Origin: Clostridia bacterium
GTDB lineage: Bacteria; Bacillota; Clostridia; Oscillospirales; CAG-272
Length of the DNA: 64,000 nucleotides
Direction of reading: 5' to 3'
NCBI GenBank assembly: GCA_017453325.1
Contig: JAFTKK010000018.1
Coordinates: forward strand, 38 to 64,037
This document shows positions 8,207-16,617 of this stretch, piece after piece. The translations under genes and the position numbers were made by a program. Below the pieces are notes generated by a model. That model saw nothing but the letters and a program-made list of their open reading frames with translations. It was not told the DNA's origin and made no database searches. Position 1 is the first letter of the stretch, and each line of letters starts with the position of its first letter.

Positions 8207-9810
8207 TGCGTAAGATCCTAAATCTTTTGCGGCTGCAGATCGACAATCACACCGATCTGCTCAAGACCGCTTCACCACGCAAAATGGGCGTGGCAGTATG
8301 CAAGATATTGGTGCTGCTGATTGCCGTTATTGCCGCACTTGCATTTGCGTTCACACGCGTGTTTTTGCTGGGCTTCACGATCAATGCCGAGCTGATCGCA
8401 CTGATCTTGCTGATCATGCAGGCGATCACGCTCGTGTTCACCGTGGGTAACGTGATCGGTACACTCTATCTTTCGCGGGATAACGAGCTGCTGATCTGTC
8501 TGCCCGTGACCCCCAACCAATTTTTCATTTCAAAGGTTTTACTCATCTATTTTAAAGAGCTTGCATTTAACGCCTTGCTCTTGTTGCCGCTTTTCCTTTG
8601 CCTTGGCGTTTTCGGTGGTCTTGGTGCAAGCTATTATAGCGCCGCTTTGCTGTATTTGCTCCTTTTACCTGTGTTTCCCATTATCATTGCGGCCTTTCTC
8701 AGCATCCCCGTCATGAAGATATTGGCGTTTTTACGGCGACACACCGTTCTTGCCATTTTGGTGCTGCTCACGCTTGTGGCGGTGGGACTTTCGGCGTATA
8801 TTTCGCTGATCTCCGCGATGGCGGGCAGCTTTCGTATCGTAGAGCAGCAGATGCAGGTCGTTTCAGAGATCAATGCCGCGGTGCTATCTGTTGGCAGCCG
8901 TGTGCCTGTCTACTATCAATTGGCGCAGGCTATGCTTTCCTTTTCTTTGTGGTATCGAATTCCGCTTTTCCTGGCACTTTGCGCTGTTCTTATGGTTGCA
9001 ACGGTGTTGATTATTCGCCCGTTTTATTTCCGTATTGCCATGCCGCAGCTTGAAAATCGCATTGTGACATCCCGTGCGCGACGCAACCGATTCCGCCGTG
9101 ACATTCCCTTTATCAGCTTGATCAAGAAGGAGGCGCTTTGCATTTTCCGCTCTCCCTCAGAGGTTTTTCAATATTTTCTTTTCACGTTGCTTATGCCCTT
9201 TATCGTTCTGTCCTATGACCGCTTGCTCATGACCGTGACCGTCAATCAAGCAGGTGAGAATATGATCGCGGGCTCGCACGTGATGATCGTGGCGATCATG
9301 GCCATGCTGTCGAACATTTCTTCAGCTTCGGCTATCTCACGCGACGGTGCGAATTTTTACACCTCGAAAATCATTCCCGTAGGCTATTTTACACAGGTTT
9401 TTGCTAAGCTGACGTTTAATGCGATCTTTACGCTGGGAGCGTTGACGGCTACCGCGGTATTGTCCTGCTTTACCTACCCCGTGTGGCAGGTTTTGCTTGG
9501 CAGCATTGCTGTGGGGTTTGCCGCGATTGGCCACATTGCCCTTTGTCTTGATATGGATATTAAGAATCCCACTGTTAGCATGCAGGGCGACGAGGAGTCC
9601 TCGATTGCCGGTAAGAGCACGCCGCGTGCGTTGATTTTGGGGCTTGTGATTGGCTTTTTGATGGGTCTTTTCCTGATTCTGCAATCTACCGCCAAGCACG
9701 CCGTGCTTCCGTATCTTGTGCTGATTGCGATCGCTCTTTTCTTTGCACTTTGGCGCATATGGATGCTGATCCTCCGTGTTCAGTTGGCATACGATCAAAT
9801 CGAAATGTGA
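8206..9810 (+). CDS. Multi-pass ABC-exporter permease-like membrane protein
   Basis: 534 aa, about 12 hydrophobic segments. The start overlaps the ATPase stop (TGATG). Confidence 0.65.
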   Translation: MRKILNLLRLQIDNHTDLLKTASPRKMGVAVCKILVLLIAVIAALAFAFTRVFLLGFTINAELIALILLIMQAITLVFTVGNVIGTLYLSRDNELLICLPVTPNQFFISKVLLIYFKELAFNALLLLPLFLCLGVFGGLGASYYSAALLYLLLLPVFPIIIAAFLSIPVMKILAFLRRHTVLAILVLLTLVAVGLSAYISLISAMAGSFRIVEQQMQVVSEINAAVLSVGSRVPVYYQLAQAMLSFSLWYRIPLFLALCAVLMVATVLIIRPFYFRIAMPQLENRIVTSRARRNRFRRDIPFISLIKKEALCIFRSPSEVFQYFLFTLLMPFIVLSYDRLLMTVTVNQAGENMIAGSHVMIVAIMAMLSNISSASAISRDGANFYTSKIIPVGYFTQVFAKLTFNAIFTLGALTATAVLSCFTYPVWQVLLGSIAVGFAAIGHIALCLDMDIKNPTVSMQGDEESSIAGKSTPRALILGLVIGFLMGLFLILQSTAKHAVLPYLVLIAIALFFALWRIWMLILRVQLAYDQIEM

Positions 9811-9817
9811 GTTTTCT

Positions 9818-10738
9818 ATGAAAAAAACAGTTATTCTTATTTTGATACTGCTTCCCATCGTCTTACTGATTACCATTGCGTTTGCCGGGCGTATTCTTTC
9901 GACCTATCAGCACATTGCGGTGGAGCGTGTGGTGTTTGTGGATGATGCGGGGGCGGACCTGGCGGGGGACACGGTGCTTGTCCTCGGTATGGGTGAGACC
10001 AAGCCCACCTTTATCAAGATCTATCCCGAGCTTTCGGCAGATAAGCGCGTGAGCTATAGCTCCTCGGACGAGGCTGTTTGCACGGTGGATAGTACGGGTG
10101 CGGTCACCGGAGTTGGTGCGGGCAGCGCCGTTATTATCGTTAGAACTGCCGACGGAAACAAAACCGCCATGCTGAGCGTCAGCGTCAAGGCCGATCAAGT
10201 AACGGGTGTAACTCTGCTGCCCGAAGCTTTGCAAATGATGATCGGTGAGCGCAGCGACTTGCAGGTGATCGTGGAACCGTATGCGGCTCTGAATAAACAC
10301 GTGACTTACACGACCAGCGATCCCGATGTGGTGACCGTTAGCGCGATTGGTAAGCTTACCGCAGTTGGTGCAGGCACGGCTACTGTGACTGTTACCACCA
10401 AGGACGGCGGCTTTACCGATACCTGCGTGGTTACCGTAACGGATGATACGCCGCCGCTCTTCTTTGATCTGTCGGGTGTGGAGGGCATGCAGCAAACGGG
10501 CACGGGTTATATATCCGCGGTGTCCACAGTTGATCTTGCCGTTTGCTTGAAGGTCGATCAAGAAAAGATCGCAACCGAGGATATCCGTTTCCGCATTTTG
10601 TCGGGTGACGGTGCAACTCTGGATGACAGCGGTGTTCTCAGCTTTACCCAGTCGGATATCGTGGTGGTGGAAGTTTACGTAGGTGATGCGAACAATCCCA
10701 CTTATCGCGCAGAAATTCGTATTGCCTGGATCGGTTGA
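9818..10738 (+). CDS. N-terminally membrane-anchored protein with two bacterial Ig-like (Big_2-type) domains
   Basis: Start at MKKTVILILILLPIVLL. Repeats VSYSSSDEAVCTVDSTGAVTGVGAGSAVIIV and VTYTTSDPDVVTVSAIGKLTAVGAGTATVTV. Confidence 0.75.
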   Translation: MKKTVILILILLPIVLLITIAFAGRILSTYQHIAVERVVFVDDAGADLAGDTVLVLGMGETKPTFIKIYPELSADKRVSYSSSDEAVCTVDSTGAVTGVGAGSAVIIVRTADGNKTAMLSVSVKADQVTGVTLLPEALQMMIGERSDLQVIVEPYAALNKHVTYTTSDPDVVTVSAIGKLTAVGAGTATVTVTTKDGGFTDTCVVTVTDDTPPLFFDLSGVEGMQQTGTGYISAVSTVDLAVCLKVDQEKIATEDIRFRILSGDGATLDDSGVLSFTQSDIVVVEVYVGDANNPTYRAEIRIAWIG

Positions 10739-10773
10739 CCCTTGTAAAACAGCTTCAAAAGGAGGTATTCATC

Positions 10774-13398
10774 ATGAAGCTCTTTAAAAATGCACTTATT
10801 CTTCTTTGTATCCTTTCGCTATTACTGGTGACCTTTGTCTCCTGCGGCGAAAAGGACTCTTTGCGACTTTCCGCAGACAAGACCACTGCCAAACACGGCG
10901 AAGTGGTGATCTTCAGCACAGTTCATGTGACCAAAAAGGGCGAAGCCCTCACGGATGCCGCGACCTATGAGATCACCGCAGGCGCCGAGTTTGCTACGTT
11001 GGATGGCAATAAGCTGACGATCGGTGCAACCGCCGCCGATGGCGCTACCATCACCGTGGTGGCCAAAATGGACGGACTGATCTCCAATGCCATTACCGTT
11101 ACAGTGGATATCCCCGAAAACAATATATCGATATCTGCCGATAAAGCCACGGCGCAGCGCGGCGAGATCGTAACCGTGACGGTGAGCCTGACGGAGAACG
11201 GACAGGCTATCGCCGCAGACGATGCGGAGCTTACCGTTACCAAAGGTGCAGAGGCCGCCACGCTTGTGGGAACCAAGCTCACGATTGCGCAGAATGCGGC
11301 ACATGGCACGGTGATAGAGCTTTCGGCGACCTATAAGGAGCTGACATCCAATACCGTCACCGTGACCGTCAATGTCCCCGTTACGGGTATTACCGTTTCT
11401 GCCTCGAAGTCCTTCGTGCCCGGCGGCTCCTATGCCAATTTGCAAAAGGCTCTCAGCCCTGCCGGTGCTTTTGGCACCGTGGAGTGGGTCATCACCGAGG
11501 GTGCTTCGCTTTGTGCCGTTTCGGGCGACGTGCTGACGGTCAATGCCGATGCTGCTGACGGCAGCACCATCAAGATCAAAGCAAAATGCGGCGAGATTGA
11601 GAGTAATGAGCTGACCTTTACCGTGGGTGAGGAGGAGGAATCCTTCCTGCTGCTGCTTTCGCAAAATGCGCTGACCGTTGACCGCAACGGCACATCGGCT
11701 ACGCTGCTTGATGTCGAGATTCTGAATAGCAAGCTGCAGCCCGTGACTGATCGCAATGTGACCTTTGAGCTGATCAGCGGTGCGGAGTTCCTTGCGCTGG
11801 TGCCCGATGGCAACATCTGCTCCTTTACGGCGCTGGGTCACGGCGAGGCCGTATTGCGTGTTAGCTTGGCGGGTACAAACATTTCTAAGACCGCAACAGT
11901 AAAGGTGATCGTACCGCCCGACGCGGTGAAGCTTCCCGATGTGTTTACCGAGCGTCAAAATCTTACCTACAATATTTCCATGGTAGATCCCGGCACGGGT
12001 CTTGCAGACCGCTTGCCCTTTGATGCAGCCGCACTTGGCACCAACGTTTGCACAACGCTGAAATATAGCTTTACCCATGAGGATGGCAGCACGGGTGATG
12101 AAGTGGCTACCTGGGCTGACGGCAAGATCACCTTTAAGAAGCAGGGCCGCGTGACGGTAACCGTTTCCTCCGATTCGGGCAGCCGCAACGAAGTCTCGGC
12201 CTCCTATAGCTTTTATGTAAATAACGGCTATAATGTTTCGGATTATACCGAGCTCAAGACGCTGCTTGAGAGCAATGCCTACAACGGTGAGATCGTAAAT
12301 ATCGTTGTGACCGAGAAGCCTGTCGGTGCAGGCAGCTATACTTACGGCTATGATTTGGTTCCTTCCACGGCACTGAAGGCAGCAGCCGAGCAGAGCTGGC
12401 AGGATGTTCTTTGGGGCTCACATATCAATGCTTACAATAAGAACGTATATATTAACGGTAACCGCCATAAGATCGACGGCTCTCAGCTGCGCGTTGTGAC
12501 CAAGGCGGAGATTGATGCGCTGAATAATCAAGGCTATGATCTCTCTAACATATCCGCGTTGCTGGTGATCTCGCCCGATGCGGCCGATCCCATGCAAGTG
12601 GCCGGCAGACAGCACAGCGTGAAGATCTTTGATCTTGAGGTGGTTGGCAACACGCCCATTGATTTCTCGGGAGATCTCAGTGGCCACCGTCCTCTTGGCT
12701 CCTATAACGCAGGCATTCAGGTCGGTTCGGCTGATTATGATGTTGTATATCACTTGGAAATGAGCAACATTATCGCCTCGCGTTGTAATGTAGGATTGCG
12801 TTTCCGTCATGTCGTTAGCGACAGCACAGTCGATGACATTACCGTGTATAACTGCTTCTCCAACGGCATCGAGACCGAGGGCTCTATTATCACCTTTGGT
12901 GACATGACCTTCGGCAAGTGCGGTGCGGCGGGTCTTGAGATGGTGCCCAGTAATTCCTCCCGTGCGGGCGACGGTTTGAATCAGGTGCAAAAGATCACCT
13001 TTGCCGGTGTCATTGATACCACGCAGAATCTGAACAACGGCAACACGATCTATCTTTCCAAGTACGGTGCGGGCGGCCTGACCGTTCCCACCATTTTGCA
13101 GGGTGTATTGGCGCCGTACCAGAGCAATCCCACGGCGATCGCTCACATGATGAATGCCGAGGGTGAGTTTGGGTTTGTGACCTTCATCTTCCACGACTTC
13201 ACCACCGGCACGGTCAATGCCAGTGAGGCGGTTTATCCCGGCTATCAGCAGGGCGGCATTATCAATGCCAAGGATCTTCCTGCGGATGGCAGCGTGGACA
13301 CGACGCATGAGTATATCTTGCTGGAGATCAAGCTGGCCGATTACGGTCTTGATCTCGGCTATGCGTTGCTTTATAACCACAACTACGTGGCAGACTGA
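10774..13398 (+). CDS. Surface lipoprotein: four Ig-like repeats plus a C-terminal right-handed beta-helix-like domain
   Basis: Start at MKLFKNALILLCILSLLLVTFVSC (lipobox FVSC) with RBS AAGGAGG. About 90-aa repeats (SADKTTAKHGEVV.../SADKATAQRGEIV...). The C-terminus (NCFSNGIETEG..GAAGLEM) is beta-helix-like. Confidence 0.7.
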   Translation: MKLFKNALILLCILSLLLVTFVSCGEKDSLRLSADKTTAKHGEVVIFSTVHVTKKGEALTDAATYEITAGAEFATLDGNKLTIGATAADGATITVVAKMDGLISNAITVTVDIPENNISISADKATAQRGEIVTVTVSLTENGQAIAADDAELTVTKGAEAATLVGTKLTIAQNAAHGTVIELSATYKELTSNTVTVTVNVPVTGITVSASKSFVPGGSYANLQKALSPAGAFGTVEWVITEGASLCAVSGDVLTVNADAADGSTIKIKAKCGEIESNELTFTVGEEEESFLLLLSQNALTVDRNGTSATLLDVEILNSKLQPVTDRNVTFELISGAEFLALVPDGNICSFTALGHGEAVLRVSLAGTNISKTATVKVIVPPDAVKLPDVFTERQNLTYNISMVDPGTGLADRLPFDAAALGTNVCTTLKYSFTHEDGSTGDEVATWADGKITFKKQGRVTVTVSSDSGSRNEVSASYSFYVNNGYNVSDYTELKTLLESNAYNGEIVNIVVTEKPVGAGSYTYGYDLVPSTALKAAAEQSWQDVLWGSHINAYNKNVYINGNRHKIDGSQLRVVTKAEIDALNNQGYDLSNISALLVISPDAADPMQVAGRQHSVKIFDLEVVGNTPIDFSGDLSGHRPLGSYNAGIQVGSADYDVVYHLEMSNIIASRCNVGLRFRHVVSDSTVDDITVYNCFSNGIETEGSIITFGDMTFGKCGAAGLEMVPSNSSRAGDGLNQVQKITFAGVIDTTQNLNNGNTIYLSKYGAGGLTVPTILQGVLAPYQSNPTAIAHMMNAEGEFGFVTFIFHDFTTGTVNASEAVYPGYQQGGIINAKDLPADGSVDTTHEYILLEIKLADYGLDLGYALLYNHNYVAD

Positions 13399-13400
13399 TC

Positions 13401-13448
13401 AAAAAAGCCCGCACGGCACGCCGAAAGGCGTGCCGTGCGGGCTTTTTT
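13401..13448. terminator. Bidirectional intrinsic terminator (22-bp stem, GAAA loop, A6/T6 flanks)
   Basis: AAAAAAGCCCGCACGGCACGCC-GAAA-GGCGTGCCGTGCGGGCTTTTTT between convergent genes. Confidence 0.85.
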
Positions 13449-13458
13449 GTTTGCCGCA

Positions 13459-14163
13459 TCAGATCTCGATGCCGTTATCAAATTTCATGTCAAGGCCTGC
13501 CGCGAAGAGGTGAGACATATCGCAAAACGACAGGCAACGGGGTGCGGTAAAGCCGCTTTCGTAGTTTTTGAAATGCAGAACCGTGACGCCCGTGTGGGTG
13601 TAGATAAAGGAGCCCCACATGAGGTGCAACGGCACGTGCAGGAGGGTAGAGAGCCACGCGCGAGAGAAGGCCGCGTGGCAAAACAGCGCCACACGCTCCT
13701 CATTTGGCTGCAGAATACGGTAAACGCCGTTTTCTTTTTTGTAGCCAAGTCGCTCTAAAAAGTCGTCACCGTGTTGCTCGATAAAGCGCACGGCCTTGTC
13801 CATTTGTGTTTGGTTGATGCCCGTACACGTAAAGCTATCTTCGTAGGAGAGGTCAACGTTGCCATTTTCGCGGAAAACGGTGTTGGGGAGCACTGAGATC
13901 GATTTGAGCTTCCCGTCGGGGTAGGGCGTTAGGCGCTCGTCCTCAATTTCGTGCGTCCAGTCCTCTACGGTATAGTCAAGCCCCAGGGCACGGCAGGTGG
14001 GCTCAGCGGTTTGACGTGCGCGACCCATCGGTGAGGTGAAGATGCGGTCAATGCCTGAGGCCACCAGGCGCTTGGCCACAGCTTCGGCCTGCAATTGGCC
14101 GCGTGGAGTGAGGGAATCTGTTTTGTAGTTGGGGTCACCGTGGCGAATGATATACAGCAGCAT
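13459..14163 (-). CDS. Histidine phosphatase (phosphoglycerate-mutase-like) family protein
   Basis: MLLYIIRHGDPNY carries the RHG catalytic motif. 234 aa. RBS AAAGGAG. Confidence 0.85.
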   Translation of the reverse strand: MLLYIIRHGDPNYKTDSLTPRGQLQAEAVAKRLVASGIDRIFTSPMGRARQTAEPTCRALGLDYTVEDWTHEIEDERLTPYPDGKLKSISVLPNTVFRENGNVDLSYEDSFTCTGINQTQMDKAVRFIEQHGDDFLERLGYKKENGVYRILQPNEERVALFCHAAFSRAWLSTLLHVPLHLMWGSFIYTHTGVTVLHFKNYESGFTAPRCLSFCDMSHLFAAGLDMKFDNGIEI

Positions 14164-14292
14164 AGCGGTCTCCTTTATGGCATCAAGAATAGGATCTTAC
14201 CGTGGGGACGGTATAGAATCGGCGCGTTTTTGGGGATGGGTAAGGTGGCGGCTCATTGTCGTGCCCCTTTGGCAAGGATAGCCTACAATAGA

Positions 14293-14321
14293 AGTATAAA
14301 ATGCGCGCTCCCGTTTGTCAA
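14293..14321 (-). promoter_or_regulatory. Sigma-A-type promoter TTGACA-17-TATACT (minus strand)
   Basis: Reverse complement of 14316-14321 and 14293-14298. About 125 nt upstream of the phosphatase ATG. Confidence 0.6.
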
Positions 14322-14376
14322 GAGCTTTTCTTTCACAAATTGATCAAAATCGTTTGTGCTTCCGGCGTGCGGGCAC

Positions 14377-14428
14377 AAAAAAAGAAATGACCCTTGATCT
14401 TGCTCTCGCAACGATCAAGGGTCATTTC
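14377..14428 (-). terminator. Strong intrinsic terminator on the minus strand (16-bp perfect stem GAAATGACCCTTGATC, then U7)
   Basis: Read directly. The A7 run at 14377-14383 on + is the U-run on the minus strand. Confidence 0.8.
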
Positions 14429-14792
14429 TGTTCGCTCTTGATATCTAACATCTTTTGTGATCCTCTCTTTCTGTTGTCTACCCTTTGCTTCTGTCCCCAT
14501 ACGCACGCAAAACACACTTTTTAAAAATTCTCTAAGGAGAATACCCTTGGTTTTCGGTATAGTGAGCTTGCAAAAGGCGAGATTGGTGCGGCTCCACGGT
14601 GTTGCGATTTGAGTTTATATCACACTCTACATATCAGCGGGCCTCCCGCCCGTTCACTCAAACACACGCTTCAAATCGCCGATTTTGTTGAGGGAGCCTT
14701 GGGTTAGGTTCTCATGGGTCCGTACCTCTCTTTGTGATAGTAGCTGAAGTGGGGGGTTAGGTTTTCATCGGACTGTACCTCCTCTTTTCTTC
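14377..14792 (-). ncRNA. Candidate orphan transcript of about 415 nt (non-coding or mini-ORF-bearing). Family not recognised.
   Basis: Bounded by promoter 14799-14827 and terminator 14377-14428. No ORF avoids the terminator. Contains tandem SD plus 3-codon ORF repeats and several hairpins. Confidence 0.35.
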
Positions 14793-14798
14793 GCTTTC

Positions 14799-14827
14799 AG
14801 TATAGCACATTTTGGGGGCGCTGACAA
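14799..14827 (-). promoter_or_regulatory. Sigma-A-type promoter TTGTCA-17-TATACT (minus strand)
   Basis: Reverse complement of 14822-14827 and 14799-14804. An AT-rich tract lies upstream. Confidence 0.55.
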
Positions 14828-14901
14828 TTGGCAATTTGTAAGAAATAAACAACTATTTTTTATTTATTTCGCAGAAAATGTCCATGTTGCACATTTTTCT
14901 C

Positions 14902-14930
14902 TTTACAAGGCGTGAGGCTTGTGTTATAAT
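14902..14930 (+). promoter_or_regulatory. Sigma-A-type promoter TTTACA-17-TATAAT
   Basis: Hexamers 14902-14907 and 14925-14930. Confidence 0.6.
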
Positions 14931-14975
14931 AATATTGTTGGGTGCTTTTTGGGCACTATGAGAAGACGTGAAGTA

Positions 14976-15019
14976 AAAGCGCAACGGCGGCGCAATGGTG
15001 CGGCCGTTGCGCTTTTTTT
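14976..15019 (+). terminator. Intrinsic terminator (GCGCAACGGC/GCCGTTGCGC stem plus T7), only about 45-80 nt after the promoter
   Basis: Read directly. Confidence 0.7.
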
Positions 15020-15045
15020 GCAGAAATCTTTTGTCCTGCGGGCGG

Positions 15046-15074
15046 TTGACAAATTTTTGCGTGTGGGATATAAT
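15046..15074 (+). promoter_or_regulatory. Consensus sigma-A promoter TTGACA-17-TATAAT
   Basis: Hexamers 15046-15051 and 15069-15074, 33 nt upstream of ATG 15107. Confidence 0.7.
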
Positions 15075-15106
15075 AAAGTATATCTTAACGGAAAGAGGAC
15101 TTTATC

Positions 15107-16480
15107 ATGCAAGAAAGAGAAAAATTTGGCTCGCGTCTCGGATTTATTCTGATTTCCGCGGGCTGTGCCATCGGTCTTGGTAACGTTTACCGTTTCCCCA
15201 TTATTACGGGTGCATACGGCGGCGCGCTGTTCGTGCTGATCTACCTTGCCTTTTTGCTTTTGCTCGGCATTCCCGTTATGTGCACGGAGCTTGCCGTAGG
15301 TCGCGCCAGCCAACGCAGTATTGCCTCCTCCTTTGAGGTGCTCGAAAAGCCGAAGCAGAAATGGCATCTGATGAAATTCCTCGGCATTGGCGGCAATTAT
15401 CTTTTGATGATGTTTTACACGGTGATCGCCGGCTGGATGCTGATCTACTTCTGGCAGTATCTCACGGGCGGTGCCGTAATGGAAGGAAAAACCGCGGCTG
15501 AGCTCGGCGCCTTCTTCGGGCAGACCGTTTCGAACACCTGGCTGCAGCTGGGCACCACGTTTGCTACGATCTTAATTGGTTTTCTTATTTGCTCTCTCGG
15601 CCTGCAAAAGGGCGTGGAGCGTATTACCAAGGTGATGATGATCCTGCTTTTCGCGCTCATTATCGGCCTTGCCGTATATTGCTGCACGCTTGACGGTGCG
15701 GGCGAGGGTCTCAAGTTCTATCTCGTGCCCTCCGTGGAGCCGATCAAGAACGGTCAGCTTGGCACCATTATTTCGGCTGCCATGGGTCAGGCCTTCTTTA
15801 CCCTCTCCATCGGCATCGGTTCCATTGCTATTTTCGGCAGCTATATCGACAAGAACCGTTCGCTCCTCGGTGAGGCGATCACCATCACGAGCCTTGATAC
15901 CTTCGTGGCGCTTTGTTCCGGCTTTATCGTCTTTCCCGCATGCTTTACCTTTGCGGGCGGCGTGAATGCCGATGCCTCCACGGTTGGTGCATCCTTCCTC
16001 TTTACCACGCTTTCCTCCATTTTTAACAATATGCCCGGCGGTCGCATTGTGGGTACCTTCTTCTTCCTGTTTATGATCTTTGCGGCCTACTCCACCGTTA
16101 TTGCCGTGTTTGAGAATATCATGTCCTTCTGGCTTGAGCTCACCAAGCTGAACCGCCGTACCGTGGCACTCATCAACATCGGCTTGATGATGGTGCTGGC
16201 GCTGCCCGCGGTATTCAGCCTGAACATCTGGTCGGGCTTTACCATTGGCGGCAAGGGCTTCCTTGACCTGGAGGACTTTACCGTATCCAATATTCTTCTC
16301 CCTGTCGGTAGTCTGATGTACGTGCTTTTCTGTACCTCTCGCTTTGGTTGGGGTTGGAATCATTTTTACGACGAGGTCAACTCCGGCACAGGCTTGAGGT
16401 TTCCGCGCATTCTGCGCTACTATATGACCTATGCGCTGCCTGTCATCATTGTGATCTTGATGATCATGTCTATATTTTAA
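15107..16480 (+). CDS. Sodium-dependent transporter, neurotransmitter:sodium symporter (SNF) family
   Basis: GSRLGFILISAGCAIGLGNVYRFP is the SNF signature. 457 aa, 11-12 TM segments. Confidence 0.9.
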   Translation: MQEREKFGSRLGFILISAGCAIGLGNVYRFPIITGAYGGALFVLIYLAFLLLLGIPVMCTELAVGRASQRSIASSFEVLEKPKQKWHLMKFLGIGGNYLLMMFYTVIAGWMLIYFWQYLTGGAVMEGKTAAELGAFFGQTVSNTWLQLGTTFATILIGFLICSLGLQKGVERITKVMMILLFALIIGLAVYCCTLDGAGEGLKFYLVPSVEPIKNGQLGTIISAAMGQAFFTLSIGIGSIAIFGSYIDKNRSLLGEAITITSLDTFVALCSGFIVFPACFTFAGGVNADASTVGASFLFTTLSSIFNNMPGGRIVGTFFFLFMIFAAYSTVIAVFENIMSFWLELTKLNRRTVALINIGLMMVLALPAVFSLNIWSGFTIGGKGFLDLEDFTVSNILLPVGSLMYVLFCTSRFGWGWNHFYDEVNSGTGLRFPRILRYYMTYALPVIIVILMIMSIF

Positions 16481-16483
16481 TCA

Positions 16484-16522
16484 AAAGGGTGCCGCACGCG
16501 GTTGAGTGCGGCACCCTTTTTG
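16484..16522 (+). terminator. Intrinsic terminator (AAAGGGTGCCGCAC...GTGCGGCACCCTTTTT)
   Basis: Read directly. Confidence 0.8.
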
Positions 16523-16559
16523 CGGGGATGCATGCGCGCGAAAAAATCTTTGCGAGCTA

Positions 16560-16588
16560 TTGCAAAAAAGGCGAAAATCATATATAAT
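16560..16588 (+). promoter_or_regulatory. Sigma-A-type promoter TTGCAA-17-TATAAT
   Basis: Hexamers 16560-16565 and 16583-16588. Confidence 0.6.
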
Positions 16589-16617
16589 GAATCCAACCTA
16601 TTAAGGAGGTAACAATC

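Noticed and set aside
14333-14515. 60-aa minus-strand ORF (MFCVRMGTEAKG...) inside the orphan transcript
   Set aside because: It reads through both arms of the terminator hairpin, has no SD, and is highly basic and low-complexity.
14701-14787. Possible SAM-I, preQ1-I or RNase P RNA. GAGGTACAGTCCGATGAAAACC superficially recalls GGGACUGGCCCGAUGAAACCC of SAM-I and GAGGAAAGUCC of RNase P. AAAACCTAACC recalls the preQ1-I tail.
   Set aside because: The other obligatory conserved blocks are absent (SAM-I GGUGCUAAAUCC-type segment, RNase P GGUAAACCCC and ACAGAA blocks, a preQ1 P1 stem). The downstream gene context does not fit. I left the RNA as an unclassified candidate.
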